The notes below the pieces were generated by a model. The model was not told where the DNA came from. It worked only from the letters and a program-made list of their open reading frames with translations, and searched no databases. Positions 28,433 through 47,969 of a stretch of 64,000 nt of DNA are shown here, piece by piece. Numbering within the stretch: the stretch's first letter is position 1; each line of letters starts with the position of its first letter. Origin of the DNA: Chrysomallon squamiferum (lineage: Eukaryota; Animalia; Mollusca); the NCBI GenBank assembly GCA_012295275.1, contig CM022676.1:11532001-11596000 (forward strand). The letters are read 5' to 3'. The translations under genes were made by a program, and so were the position numbers.

Positions 28433-29451
28433 TCAACAACAGCACTGAGGATAGTCATAATAACAAGAACATTAATCATATGCAGAGATATACTGTAAGG
28501 CTTTAATCAGCAATACTATTGATGTATCATATTACGTAATAATATTGATGCATGTTATATTAGTATTAGAAAATGCATAGTAAACAAACGTTGTATTATT
28601 AACTGAATGCTTACTGACAAGAACTCACTACCCTACTTTTGTTTTCTTTTCAGTACAAATGGATTTTATTTTAACTGGAAATAATTATAGGCTGGTCTAT
28701 CCTGTACTTGTACATATTAAATAAACCATATGAACTATGAAAAACCCGTTTAGCTCACATAGATAATTAACATTAATCGCAGAACCACTGAAAAAATAAA
28801 GAAAACTGTTTATTTTAAATAATTATTTGCCTTGTAATTTTCTGTCATGACAGTATAATGACGTCATATACATGTTACTAATGACGTATTTACAGATCTA
28901 TTACGAAGGAGACAAATACTTCTATTGGGACGCTAAGCATGTATCTCGTTCAAACTGGATTCGTTACATCAACACAGCGAATTATTTCAAAGATCAAAAT
29001 ATGGACACCATTCAAATCAGAAACAACATGTACTACTACTCGGTACGACCTATTCCGAAGGGAACCGAACTGCTCACGTGGTATGGACATGCCTACGATG
29101 AAATTCTCGGAATAACGACTCGACATAAAGATGATTGCTGGAATGATCTGTCGATGGGTATCATTCTTTTTTTTAATTAATTAATTAATTTGTTGTTTTT
29201 TTTCATTCTGTTTATATTTGCGTGTGCTGTGTGTGTGTTTAGTATATAGTACTTATCTGTCATTTTAAAATCATTTGTTTCTTCTTTTTCGTATTAATCA
29301 GCGTCATCATGATCATAATCATTATCATCATCATCATCATATTATTATTATTTTATTCTTTTTTTCTCTCTCAGAAACAGCTTGGCCGTTTTTCTTCGTT
29401 TGTCCGAAAGGAAACTGCGCTAACCAGCTGACCTGTCCATTAGAGGAATAA
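23693..29451 (+). CDS. Gene C: putative secreted EVTENK-repeat double PR/SET protein; net frameshift in repeat exon 2 as assembled
   Basis: Exons 23693-23745, 24203-24785, 25617-25693, 26226-26417, 26563-26794, 27019-27150, 27612-27673, 28185-28385, 28896-29157, 29375-29451. N-terminus MWQPDKLLFILFLQLSLSLLITS-VD. Exon 2 is an 18-bp repeat (gaggtcactgagaacaag); its 583-nt length is out of phase, with a slip near 24470. All other exons are intact. Confidence 0.85.
23969..24037 (-). pseudogene. Inverted copy of family exon 3, with its splice acceptor, inside intron 1 of gene C
   Basis: The reverse complement reads tattattataaaacag|gagataattttttctacgaagacgttcaagagaacagtccatttctcag, nearly identical to exon 3 of A/B/D (GDKFFYEDVQEDCPFL). 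Confidence 0.85.
25659..26171 (+). repeat. 59-bp tandem repeat (about 8.5 copies) built from the 3' end of gene C exon 3 plus its donor site
   Basis: Unit ttctcagaacggcaagtacagtgagagatatgcca|gtacgtttgtgtaaatatgtctaa. The first copy is the real exon end (cca|gtaag). Confidence 0.92.
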
Positions 29452-30239
29452 ATCCAGTCTCCATGGTTACAAATCAGTAGTTAGAATAAAATAAATAAAC
29501 AAAAATAGAATGAACATAAACCAGTTTAAACCACTCTTGATATTTTTATTATTTTTTATAAAATCATAGAAATATTGAAACATTTATTTCCTGTGCAGAA
29601 ATAAATCTTCAGTCATCATCAACATCATCGTCATCATCATCATCATCATCATCAACATCAAACTGTGGTGAAATCAATGATATTGCTTTAGTGCCTTTTA
29701 TAGTCGGACTACAATGTTTTATTTTTTTTATTATTTTTTTAACGATAACCCGAGTATTCTCTGGCGGAGAACATCTCAGAAGGAGATTTGGATGAAGAAC
29801 CAGCGATGTCCGTCCAGTAGTCCGACTGAGCTGTTGTCTGGCAGAGCACACTTGGGCTATGATGACGAAGCAGACGGTAATTAAAAAATAAAAATACACA
29901 TTTGTGTTCTAAAATATATAAGCGATATCACGAAATCTATGGTAGTAGAAAATTCGAAAAAATTTAAATTATTTTTAGTTTCTTTCTTTTTTCTTTTTTT
30001 TTTTTTCTTCTTCTTCCTTTTAATTTCCACGAAATAAAACGTGTGACGTCATTAGCTAGACTACGCAGCATGTTTACTAACATCATCTTTTTACGTCATT
30101 GTGTCTTACTTTATAAAACAAAAAATTTGTAAACCTTTAATATTTTTAAACTATTTTTAATTTATTTATTATAATTTTTGAAAATAATCTAGTTAAACTT
30201 TTGCGATTGATAGGAATTAATGAGTTTTGAATTGTTACA

Positions 30240-33200
30240 ATGTGGCAGCCAGACAAACGTGTGTTTATTTTATTTCTGCAGCTAAGTACAAGGTATGTTC
30301 TTTTGTGCTGATTATTTTTATTCTTTAATAATTTTTTATTATTTATTAAAAACATTTATTCACGATTCGAATCAAAAACAATAGGAAATAAACAATTTCT
30401 TAACCACCTTCTTTACGTCACGATAATTCGTCACTGATAAAATTACCCGCGAATTTGTTCATTGTTTTGGACCGACTTCGAATATTTTCATTTACATACA
30501 TTAGCATGGACCAAATACTTTTTTAAAAATAAAAATAGGAAACTCATTGTTTGCATACATAATAGTACATGATTTAGAAGTTGAATGCTTTTTGTTTTAA
30601 TGAAAAAGTGAAAAATTAATTTTTAACAAATGTTTTTAAAAGGCCGGCTGACGGACGTTTATTTATTTTATTTATTTATTTTTATTTTTTAATTTTTTTG
30701 GGGGGGAGGCATTTTCTTTTCTTTCTTTTTAATTTTTCTGTTGTAAAACTGCATCAAGCATTATAATGAATGTATCAAGGTAGCCATTCAAATAGCACGT
30801 GATCAGTTTGCTTTTTGCATGTAAATACGACATCTAACGCATTGAAAATGGAAATAAATATTATTTAAAAAAAAGAAGAATTATGATGGTTTCAAGTATC
30901 GTTTTACAACTACGTACTCAGAACTGTCTGCAATGGAGTTTTAGCAGAGTAACGCGCACACATGGTACCTAATGAGAATAGTCATCTTCATATTCACGCG
31001 CCAGTGTCTGTGAAAATTATTTATTTTATTTTATTTTATTATTATTATTATTATTTTTATTTATATTTTTTATATTTTTTATTTTTGTTCGGGTTGCGAC
31101 GTCATAATAATATCTGAAAAAAAAAATATATATTACGAAACGTGTTCGAGATGATATGACGTCAAAGTCACCAACAAAAAATAAAGGTTTCCTAACTACT
31201 TTTTCAACTTAATCAAACTTTTCAAACTGGATTATTTTTGTGCAAATGCGTGCATAATAAACTGAAATTATAATTCGGAATAAGATTAATGAATTAACTT
31301 TTGTCGTTGTCAATGTTCCTCTGTCAGAACCCAGCAGAAAAGAACACATGGATTGTTTGTACCTATTAAATCGACCAAATTTCTGGAGGCATTTTTTTCC
31401 GTAACGTAATTTGTGCCGTTGCGAGTTATCGTTCCTGTTGGTTCATCTACATACGTACATACATTCATACACTGTTTCGGTGTAGTTTTGATTTCTAATG
31501 CCTAAGACTGAAAAATTTTCTTAACGTTAACAAATTGAACAATTAAAGAAGATTATTATTTCTATACAAAGACAACAACGTAAAGTGTAATAAATAATGA
31601 ACATTTATATTTATGTGTGTGTGTTTGTGTACACAGACACATGTACATACAGTTATGAGTATTATTCATAGGGTCCTTGTGATATCAGAGGAGAGCCCTA
31701 ACAATGTGGAGAACATTGACAACATGGAGAGCTTTGACGACATAGATATCGATCATTTATTTGACGACAAAGAAATTAATGAAATTATTAAGTACATGAA
31801 GATCAATGAAATATTTGAGAACACGGATGTCAGTGAAAACACTGACAACACGGAGACTAATGAAAACATTGACAACACGGAGATTAATGTAAACATTCAG
31901 AACACGGAGACTAATGAAATCACCGACAACACGGATATCAGTGAAAACACTGACAACACGGAGATTAATGAAAACTCTGATAACACGGAGATTAATGAAA
32001 ACATTGACAACATAGATATCAATGAAATCACCGACAACACGGATATCAGTGAAAACACTGACAACACGGAGATTAATGAAAACACTGATAACACGGAGAT
32101 TAATGAAAACATTGACAACATAGATATCAATGAAATCACCGACAACACGGATATCAGTGAAAACACTGACAACACGGAGATTAATGAAAACACTGATAAC
32201 ACCAATGTCAATGACAACATGGATGTCAGTGAAAACACTGACAACACCAATGTCAATGACAATACGGATATCAATGAAAACTCTGACAACACGGATATCA
32301 GTGAAATCACTGACCACTCGGATTACAGAGACGAATTTGAGATCAAGTACTCACAAGATTATTTCGGTGAAAGATCAATGAAGATCAATGAAATATTTGA
32401 GAACACGGATGTAAGTGAAAACACTGAAAACACGGAGATTAATGAAAACACTGACAACACGGAGACTAATGAAAACTCTGACAACATGGAGATTAATGAA
32501 AACACCGACAACACGGATATCAGTGAAAACACTGACAACACGGAGGTCAAGGAAAACATTTACAACACGGAGGTAAATGAAAACTCTGACAACACGGAGA
32601 TCAATGGAGATTCTGACAGCACGGATATCAACAAGAACACTGACAGCACGGATATCAATGAAATCACCGACAACACGGAGATTAATGAAAACATTGACAA
32701 CACGGAGATTAATGGAAACATTGACAACACGGATATCAGTGAAAACACTGACAACATAGATATCAACGAAATCACCGACAACACGGATATCAGTGAAAAC
32801 ACGGAGGTTAATGAAAACATTGACAACATGGAGATTAATGAAAACATTGACAACACTGACAACATAGATATCAATGAAATCACCGACAACACAGATATCA
32901 TTGGCAACACGGAGGTTAATGAAAACATTGACAACATGGAGATTAATGAAAACATTGACAACACGGAGATTAATGAAAATACTGACAACACGGAGATCAA
33001 TGAAAATACTGACAACACGGAGATTAATGAAAATACTGACAACACGGAGATTAATGAAAATACTGACAACACGGAGATCAATGGAGATTCTGACAGCACG
33101 GATATCAACAACAACACTGACAACACAGATATCAATGAAATCACCGACAACACGGATATCAGTGACAACACGGAGACTAATGAAAACATTGACAACACAG

Positions 33201-33711
33201 AGACTAATGAAAACTCTGACAACATGGAGAGTACTAACAACATTGACAACATGGAGAGCTTTGACGACATAGATATCGATCATTTATTTGACAACAAAGA
33301 AATTAATGAAATTATTAAGTACATGAAGATCAATGAAATATTTGAGAACACGGATGTCAGTGAAAACACTGACAACACGGAGACTAATGAAAACATTGAC
33401 AACACGGAGATTAATGTAAACATTCAGAACACGGAGACTAATGAAATCACCGACAACACGGATATCAGTGAAATCACCGACAATACGGATATTAATGAAA
33501 ACATTGACTACACGGATATCAGTGAAAACATTGACATCACTGACAACACAGATATCAACGAAATCACCGAAAACACTGATATCAGTGAAATCACTGACAA
33601 CACTGACAACACTGAGGTCAATGAAATCACTGACGACGAATTTGAGATCATGTACTCACAGAACTATTTCGGTAAAAAGAAATTTAATTGTTTATTTATT
33701 TATTTATTTAT

Positions 33712-33782
<71 letters not shown>

Positions 33783-34040
33783 CAGTCACTTTCCAGATTT
33801 CTCAAATGTTGCTAATTAAATTTATCTAAACTTATATAATTTTATTTCACAAAGTTTGTTAATTTTCTGACTGTCTTAAACTTCTCAAAATTAGCACCTC
33901 ACTACAACACAACTACCAACATCACTACTACTGCAACCACCACTGCTACTGCTTCCGCTACAACAATTGTTCCTATTACTACTACTGCTACCACTACTGC
34001 TACTACTATTACGACGTCAACTATTAACGCAGGTACTATC

Positions 34041-34115
<75 letters not shown>

Positions 34116-36306
34116 AAACAGGAGATAAATTTTTCTACGAAGACGTTCAAGAGGACTGTCCATTTCTCAGAAAGACAAGTATGGTCAGAGATATGCCAGT
34201 AAGATTTGTTTTCTCAAGACAACAATTATAGTCAGAGATACGTTCTCATCTAAATATCTCTGTTTTTCAGTATAGTCAGAGATATATTGTCTGTCACGAT
34301 TACTTCTCTCTACTTTTAAGATATATATTTACATATTTTGTGTAGATAAAAAACAGTTGTTAATTGTTAAGTAAGTAGATAGATGTTTACATATGTAATG
34401 TTAGTTTTATGTATGTCAATAATTGTTATTGTATATATGTAGCTGTTAGTTTTATGTATGTCAATAATTGTTATTGTATATATGTAGATGTTAGTTTTAT
34501 GTATGTCAATAATTGTTATTGTATATATGTAGATGTTAGTTTTATGTATGTCAATAATTGTTATTGTATATATGTAGCTGTTAGTTTTATGTATGTAAAT
34601 AATTCTTTTTATGTATTTACGTAGATAGGTGTTTTTATTTATAAATGTAAACAATGTAAATTTAAAATATGTACATAAACAATTATTTAAAATATATAGA
34701 CAGGTGTTTATATTTGCTAGGTAGTCAGTGATGGTTCAGAACAGGACATGGCAGAGCTAAGTTTGCCGCCAGGTTTTGAGTTACGACATTTTGGAGAAAA
34801 GTGGAGTGTTGGAGTTTGGACAACACATTTTTTCCCAGTGGAACACGATTTGGTCCGCTCATTGGAGCTGAACGCTTAGAGAAGATGAAAGTTCGGGAAG
34901 ACGAATTCGAGGTGAAACAAACAAAAAAAACAAGATAAAAATAATAATGAATACTGATAAAATGATATTTAAGTAAATAAAAAGTAACTAATTATTACAC
35001 GCTGACACATAGTGAGTGTAAAATCAAGAAATTAAGTTTCTTGTCATTGTAATGTATTTATTTCAACTGTTTCAATAATAATAATAATAATAATAAGGTC
35101 AACAAAAACAACATCAATAGCAATAATATTTTACAGGGTTAAGTAGCCTTAGGCAATTTTCATGTTTTTTTTTTTCCTTGTATATATTAAAACTAGAAGC
35201 AACATGACTAATAATCAAAACATTGAAAATCTGAACATCAGGTTTTATTAAATTTCAAAAAGCTGTAGTAACATTCTCACCATATTCAGATCCGGCATCG
35301 TGTGAACAATGAACATAAATTTTTGTCAAACTGGTTGAGGTACGTCACGTGGTCACCCGCTGTTGCTGATAGCAACCTCGTCAGACGGAGTGATGAGTCA
35401 AAGATATATTACTACGCAGTAAGAGATATCCAGCCAGGAGAACAACTGAAACTGTGGGCCGGATCACTCTTTGCCGAGAGTATAGGTCAGCCAGGATCTT
35501 GTAGAAATATTAAACATGACCGTGAGTACAAACAGCAAACAGTAACGACAAATACTACTACTACTACTACTACTACTTCTACTACTACAACTATTGCTGC
35601 TGATGCTGCTAATGCTTCTACAGTTATTGCTACTTCATCTGTTGTTAGTACTACCATTACTATCATGATTAACTCTGCTGCTTTTAGTACTTTTGCTACT
35701 GTATCACTACTATTACTATACTAGTGAAATAGTAAGTCTACCACTACTGTTACTATACTAGTAAACCTACCACTACTATTACTATATTAGTAAACCTACC
35801 ACTACTATTACTATACTAGTAAGACTACCACTACTATTACTATACTAGTAAACCTACCACTACTATTACTTTACTAGTAAGACTACCACTACTATTACTT
35901 TACTAGTAAACCTTTCACTACTATTTCTATACTAGTAAACCTACCACTACTATTACAATACTATTTAGACTACCACTACTATTACTATACTAGTATGACT
36001 ACCACTACTATTACTATACTAATAAGACTACTCTACTATTACTATACTAGTATGACTACCACTACTATTACAATACTAATAAGACTACTCTACTATTACT
36101 ATACTAGTATGACTACCACTACTATTACTATACTAATAAGACTACTCTACTATTACTTGAATTAAGACTTTTACTGGAAGAATTATTAGCTGCACTACAT
36201 TTTTTATCGTTTTTGGTTTTTATTTATTTATTTATTTATTCATACATTCATTCGTTCATTTATTTTTATTTATTTATTTATATATATATTTACTTATTAT
36301 TATTAT

Positions 36307-36352
<46 letters not shown>

Positions 36353-36918
36353 ATTTTTTTTTTTAAAGAATCCTGCTGGCCATTTTTTTATCACTGTGAA
36401 AGAGGATCATGTTTGATTGACAGCTGCTCACTGGAGGAGGGCGTGGCTTTAAGACAGCTTGAAACAGAGGAAGATCTGAAGGAAGAAGAAGATGAGAAAC
36501 GTAAGCAACGATTGATAGTAAGTTAGTAATGTTAGTAAATAAGATATCAGTAACTGCTGTACACACACAGACACAGAGATATGAACTCAAAGAAATGTGT
36601 CACTATTACTTTTACACAACAACACATTTCTGGTGTATGAGTATACACAAAAGTACTTTGAAATAACAGTTATGTTACTGACATACTTGTCCACTTTATT
36701 TCAGAATCTGGCTACATGAAAGATCAAAATCTCTTTGAACCTTTTTATGTTGTCAGAAATAGCAAGGTAACGTTAGAAATATATAAATGAAATCGTTGTC
36801 TACATTTTACATGATTGTTTTATTTTATTATTACTGCTTTTGTTTTTCAACATTTATTCTGAACTGAATATATCTATTTTATAGATAGATACATAGATAG
36901 ATAGATAGATAAATAGAG

Positions 36919-37008
<90 letters not shown>

Positions 37009-37431
37009 ACAGTACCTGATATAAAATATATTGATAGAAGTTATATTTGTTCAGTAGGTGGTATAACCAATGACTGTTTGACATTATTAAGGAAACATAT
37101 CTTTGTCTTTTATTAATCATACAGAAAGTTGTAATAATTTAAATTATATGTATAATTACACAGAATTGTGTAACATTTGTTTAATTGTCTGAAAGTTTTA
37201 TTTATGACTGCAGCTACCAATGGATGGTTCTGTAAAAGACAGAGCAATGAGGACTGTGCCTCCGTACATCACAATAAAACAATCTAACATAAAAGGAGCT
37301 GGTCTCGGTGCGTTTGCCGCACACGATATCCCCAGCAGAATGAGATTTGGTCCGTATGAAGGTCTTAAAATTGTCGACGTTATCAAAACTAGAGGAAAAG
37401 GTTATGCATGGACGGTTTGTAGACATTTACA

Positions 37432-37472
<41 letters not shown>

Positions 37473-38495
37473 ATAATAATAAGAATAATAAAAGAAGAAG
37501 AAGAAAGAAGAAGAAGTAGAACAACAACAACAAGCAACAAAAATGATCTCAAGTGATTACTTTGTGTTATACTGGAAATATATATATGTGTCCTAACAAA
37601 CTAATGTGCACATTTAGTAAACCATCTGAACCATAGACACACACACACACGCACACACACACACGCACGCACGCACACACACAGTGATATAATTTGAATT
37701 TTTTTTTCTTTTTTTTTTTTAGGACAAGGCAAGAGTTGTTCTGGGTTTAATGAAAATGTTAGGGCCCCAAGGCAACTTATTTTTCACTGATTCTTATTTT
37801 TTACTTATTAGTGAATATTGTTGGGTTTTTTTTATTATTATTATTAATGTCTAGCACCGCTTGCTAATGATTGGCTGAATATAAAATCCAGTTTGTTGTC
37901 GCAGATGCTCTGTTATCTTTTCTTTAAATTGACTCATGACAATTAAAATAAAGACACACCCTCCAAGTAGACCAGTCATGTCGTTTTTTCATAATTAGGA
38001 CATTAACGCAGTAATGAGCCAAATGTCAAAGATTTTATGGAGTGATAGCATGATTATCACATCACGTAAATAGGGTTTCATTAGCCTATTAATATTAACG
38101 TGATTTTTGGTTGATATTTTGCAAGGATCAGCCTTGGGAAATGTTTATTGTAAATATTTTTTTCGCTTATAATTTTGCTGTTGTCATGGCTACATTTACG
38201 TCATAGAGAGGTTTTTATGACGTATTTACAGATCTATTATGAAGGAGACAAATTCTTCTATATGGACGCTAAGCATGTATCTCGTTCAAACTGGATTCGT
38301 TACATCAACACAGCGAATTATTTCAAAGATCAAAATATGGATACCATTCAAATCAGAAACAACATGTACTACTACTCGGTACGACCTATTCCGAAGGGAA
38401 CCGAACTGCTCACGTGGTATGGACATGCCTACGATGAAAGTCCTCGGAATAACAACTCGACATAAAGATGATTACTGGAATCATTTGTTGATGGG

Positions 38496-38572
<77 letters not shown>

Positions 38573-38761
38573 GTCTATCTATCTGTCTGTGTGTCTATCT
38601 ATCTATCTATCTTCATTCATGTATCTGTATCTATCTGCTATATATCTATCTATATATCTATCTGTTTTACTTAATAATTGTGATTATTATTTACCATTTT
38701 TAAATCCATTTCTTTATTGCTTTAATTTTTCTTCTTTTCATTTTAATAATCACCATTTTTA

Positions 38762-38792
<31 letters not shown>

Positions 38793-38948
38793 GTTGTTGT
38801 TGTTGTTGTTGTTGTTGCTGCTGTTGTTATTCTTCTTTTTTGTTTCTTTTTTTTTTTCTGTTTTTTCTCAGAAACATCTTGGCCGTTTTTCTTCGTTTGT
38901 CCGAAAGGAAACTGTGCGAATCAGCTGACCTGTCCATTAGAGGAATAA
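30240..38948 (+). CDS. Gene D: putative secreted double PR/SET protein with a 2000-nt acidic repeat exon (about 1095 aa if two 1-nt indels are corrected)
   Basis: Exons 30240-30292, 31672-33671, 34122-34198, 34721-34911, 35290-35521, 36369-36500, 36705-36766, 37214-37414, 38232-38494, 38872-38948. Relative to the paralogs, exon 4 is 1 nt short (T run 34828-34833) and exon 9 is 1 nt long (A run 38437-38439). This is either assembly error or recent pseudogenisation. Confidence 0.82.
35735..36160. repeat. Approximately 28-29-bp intronic minisatellite (ctaccactactattactatactagtaaac)
   Basis: Tandem units in gene D intron 5. Confidence 0.8.
36880..37007. repeat. (GATA)n microsatellite; a complementary (TATC)n tract lies at about 38496-38610
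   Basis: Direct inspection. Confidence 0.92.
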
Positions 38949-39209
38949 ATCCAGTCTCCATGGTTACAAGACAGTAACCAAAAATGAAATAAAATAAAAT
39001 AAAATTGTAGTAGTAAAAAATAAAATTATATTGTGACGCTTCATAGACGTGTACAAGTAAACTAACGAGCTTTTTAAAACTGACTTCTTAATTTTATTTA
39101 TTTTTGTTCACGCAGTGACGGAAATCTTAAAACATTTATTTGTTGCTAAAATACCAGTCGTCAGTCATCATCTTCATCGTCATTATCATCATCATCATCA
39201 TCATCATCA

Positions 39210-39303
<94 letters not shown>

Positions 39304-39780
39304 ATGCTAGTGAAAGCAGTTATATTATTGTTCAAAGTCAGGTGATGTTATTGTTGATTTGTTTAACTAACTCAGTGTCTAATTCTGTTATGATAATAGA
39401 GGAGACTGCAGTTCAAATATTTCTCGAATAAACAATTTGTTACAACTGTAGTTATTTTAATCTGTTTGGTCAGAACAGAAACTTCAAACACCTCTATGTT
39501 AGTATGTTAGTGTGTTAGCAGATTAGTTAGGTGATATTTTAGTATAATCCTCATGTGTATTAGTGAAAAAAATCCCACAATTAACCATTCAAATGACCTC
39601 CTAACTTTTGATTAATAAAATTCTTCCATTGCTTTATGTTTCTTCTTTAAAATTATTTTGTCAGTTTTAATTAATACAACTCTTCCAGAGTTTTATATGT
39701 TTAATTATTAATTTTCTTGTCGCTTTTAATTAATATTACCCTTCCAGTGCTAATTATTAAAATCAGTTCTCATTTTTAGC

Positions 39781-40277
39781 TTCCAGTATCTATTTCACAT
39801 ATCTGTATGACTATTTCTTGTTTCACAGTTAAGTGTTCCAGTATCTATTTCACATATCTGTATGACTATTTGTTGTTTCACAGTTAGGTGTTCCAGTATC
39901 TATTTCACATATCTGTATGACTATTTGTTGTTTCACAGTTAAGTGTTCCAGTATCTATTACACATATCTGTATGACTATTTGTTGTTTCACAGTTAGGTG
40001 TTCCAGTATCTATTTCACATATCTGTATGACTATTTGTTGTTTCACAGTTAAGTGTTCCAGTATCTATTACACATATCTGTATGACTATTTGTTGTTTCA
40101 CAGTTAGGTGTTCCAGTATCTATTTCACATATCTGAATGACTATTTGTTGTTTCACAGTTAGGTGTTCCAGTATCTATTACACATATCTGTATGACTATT
40201 TGCTGTTTCACAGTTAGGTGTTCCAGTATCTATTTCACATATCTGAATGACTATTTGTACTTTAACAGTTAAGTGTT
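39781..40277. repeat. 55-bp minisatellite, about 9 copies, between genes D and E
   Basis: Unit ttccagtatctatttcacatatctgtatgactatttgttgtttcacagttaggtg, starting at 39781, 39836, 39891 and so on. Confidence 0.92.
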
Positions 40278-40632
40278 AAATTATGATTGTTTCATATTTT
40301 CTCTCGAGAATCAGAAAATACATATAATAATAATACCACTAAAGTAACGGTTCAGTCGTCTTTTTGTTACCTGTATATAGAAGTAAATAGAAGTCACGGG
40401 TCAGTGCACTTTATGTTATCTACATACTGAAGTCACGGGTCAGTGGTTTTTGTTATCTGTATCTGTGTCGGTGAAAGAATTTTTCATTTATTTGCTTTCT
40501 TTGCAGTGTTTATTGTTTACGTCCTCTCTTCCTAGCCACGTCAATCATTGTCACCTTTTTTTTCTTTTCTTTCCTTTTTTTTTTTTTCTTCTTCTCTTTT
40601 CAGTATCGGAAATTTTCAGTCTTTAGTGAAGG

Positions 40633-46113
<5,481 letters not shown>

Positions 46114-47509
46114 ACACTTTAAATGTGAAGACGCTGTGTTGGAACATTCACCTCACGTACACAACTTTCACACGTTATTTCCATGAAGACTTCGCCTGTT
46201 TAAACATGCAGAGAGCTGTGCAAGCGGGTAATTTTCTCTGGAGTTTATCATTTCATCATTTCAACTTGTCTCCGTGGTATTCATCTCATCCAGACGCAAT
46301 TCTTACTAATCCCCTGCATACCTGTGTGTGTCATAAACGTGTACACAACTAATCTCACACACAGGTTACCAAGGAAACAAGCTGACCAGGCAGACATGAG
46401 TCCAAGATCTGAACTGAGAATTACCAGAGAATGGGAAGCAGACATTCAGGTCACGGAGTTTATAATGACGCTGTCGTTGTACAAAGAAAGAGTTTCCTAC
46501 GTCACGATTTGACATCCGGCTGACATTTATATCTTGTCCACAGTTTGTCATCCGTTTTTCGCCAGTTTATTTTGCCAGACAGGTTTTCCAGTGTACAACA
46601 GTTTTCTTTCTGACCTAAATGTGGGTAGATAAAGAGATAACTAACTATTAAACTGATATATCACATTTATTTACAATATTCTGTAGTTTTATTCAGTTAA
46701 TTTATATTACTAACACAATGAATAGCAGTAAGTTTTTAATGGGATAAAATGAAAAAGAAACTTTTTTTTTTTACTTTTTTTTTTACACTGTGTAGTAGTA
46801 TTTTTCTGTGTACGGGTTGTTGTTTTATTCTTTTCATTTCTGAGTATGCATCTGTTCCAGTGTTTACCTTTAATTAAAAACCTGTCACATTATACTAAAA
46901 ACTTAATTATTAGCTTCTGTAATATACACAACAATTAAGAATAATGGAAAATATGTTTGTTTTGTTTTTGTTTTTAACTCCAATTACCATATATTAACTT
47001 TTCTAATATTTCAAAATTGTGTCGTTATATTTTAATAATATTATCATAATGATGCCTTTTTGTCGAGACATCCTGAAACAATAAATAATAAGCTGAAGAG
47101 AAGTTACTTTGTATTAAATAGAATATATAAAAGTGAATGTCTACACATAATGTGTGCTTCATAACGTGAAACGAAGCTGAATATGATGATTAATATTTAA
47201 AATAAAATTAGAAACAGAATGTCGCGAATTTACGAAATATTTTTAACTGAACAATTAACTTCTGAATATTGTAACGAAAGACTCATTTGACAGACCTACC
47301 GAGATTTTAACATTCTTCAGTCATAATTTCAACATCGCAAGTTACTGGAAGAAATTCGCGATCATGAACTCAGCAAGATTTTTGTAACTTTTTTTCACAG
47401 GATCTGTCCTAGCAACAGTCAAACTGTAGAAACTGATCTTTTTTTAAATACAAATATTTAATTTTCCGTGATAGTACTTACTAATGTAATAAAATTTTAG
47501 AGAACTAAA

Positions 47510-47541
<32 letters not shown>

Positions 47542-47863
47542 CAGAAATTAAAAAGAAAAGTTTGAAATAAGAAGTATATAAAGTTTTGAAACTGCCGCCA
47601 TGGTAGATATTTGTGACGTCATGAATACATGACGCAACCTGAGTTTCCCGACTTCCACTGCGAAATACATTTTTGAAAATATTTCGATAATTCGGTTGAC
47701 GTTTATTTGAACTTTTGAAATTATCTTTAATTTTGTTTGTTTTAACTTTTTGTATTAGTTTTTCTAATTAACTAAACTGTTGGGGTTTGATTGAGTAAGC
47801 TAGTTAAACTACTTCCATTGTTTGTGAGTACAAGAAAATAAAAAATTTTTTACTTTTCTTAAC

Positions 47864-47936
47864 ATGTGGCTCATTCTCCAACGCTTCCTTATTGTTTTGT
47901 TTCAACTGCTAAGGTATGTTTTTATTATTATTATTA

Positions 47937-47969
<33 letters not shown>

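Noticed and set aside
29695-29880. GC-richer island upstream of gene D with an 11-bp inverted pair (agtcggactac / gtagtccgact) and a donor-like gtaatt
   Set aside because: Too short, with no TSD or recognisable protein; cannot be supported as a MITE or an exon.
6346-33283. Long hydrophobic minus-strand ORFs (VLSVLSV.., SVLSVFSLI.., VVSVFINLR..) opposite exon 2 of A-D
   Set aside because: Antisense readings of coding tandem repeats that happen to lack stops; no splice context. The plus-strand frame is the one that joins flanking exons.
39781-40277. Regular repeat arrays (also 25659-26171, 54103-55022, 62278-62517) as possible CRISPR arrays
   Set aside because: Contiguous tandem units without unique spacers, no cas genes, eukaryotic context.
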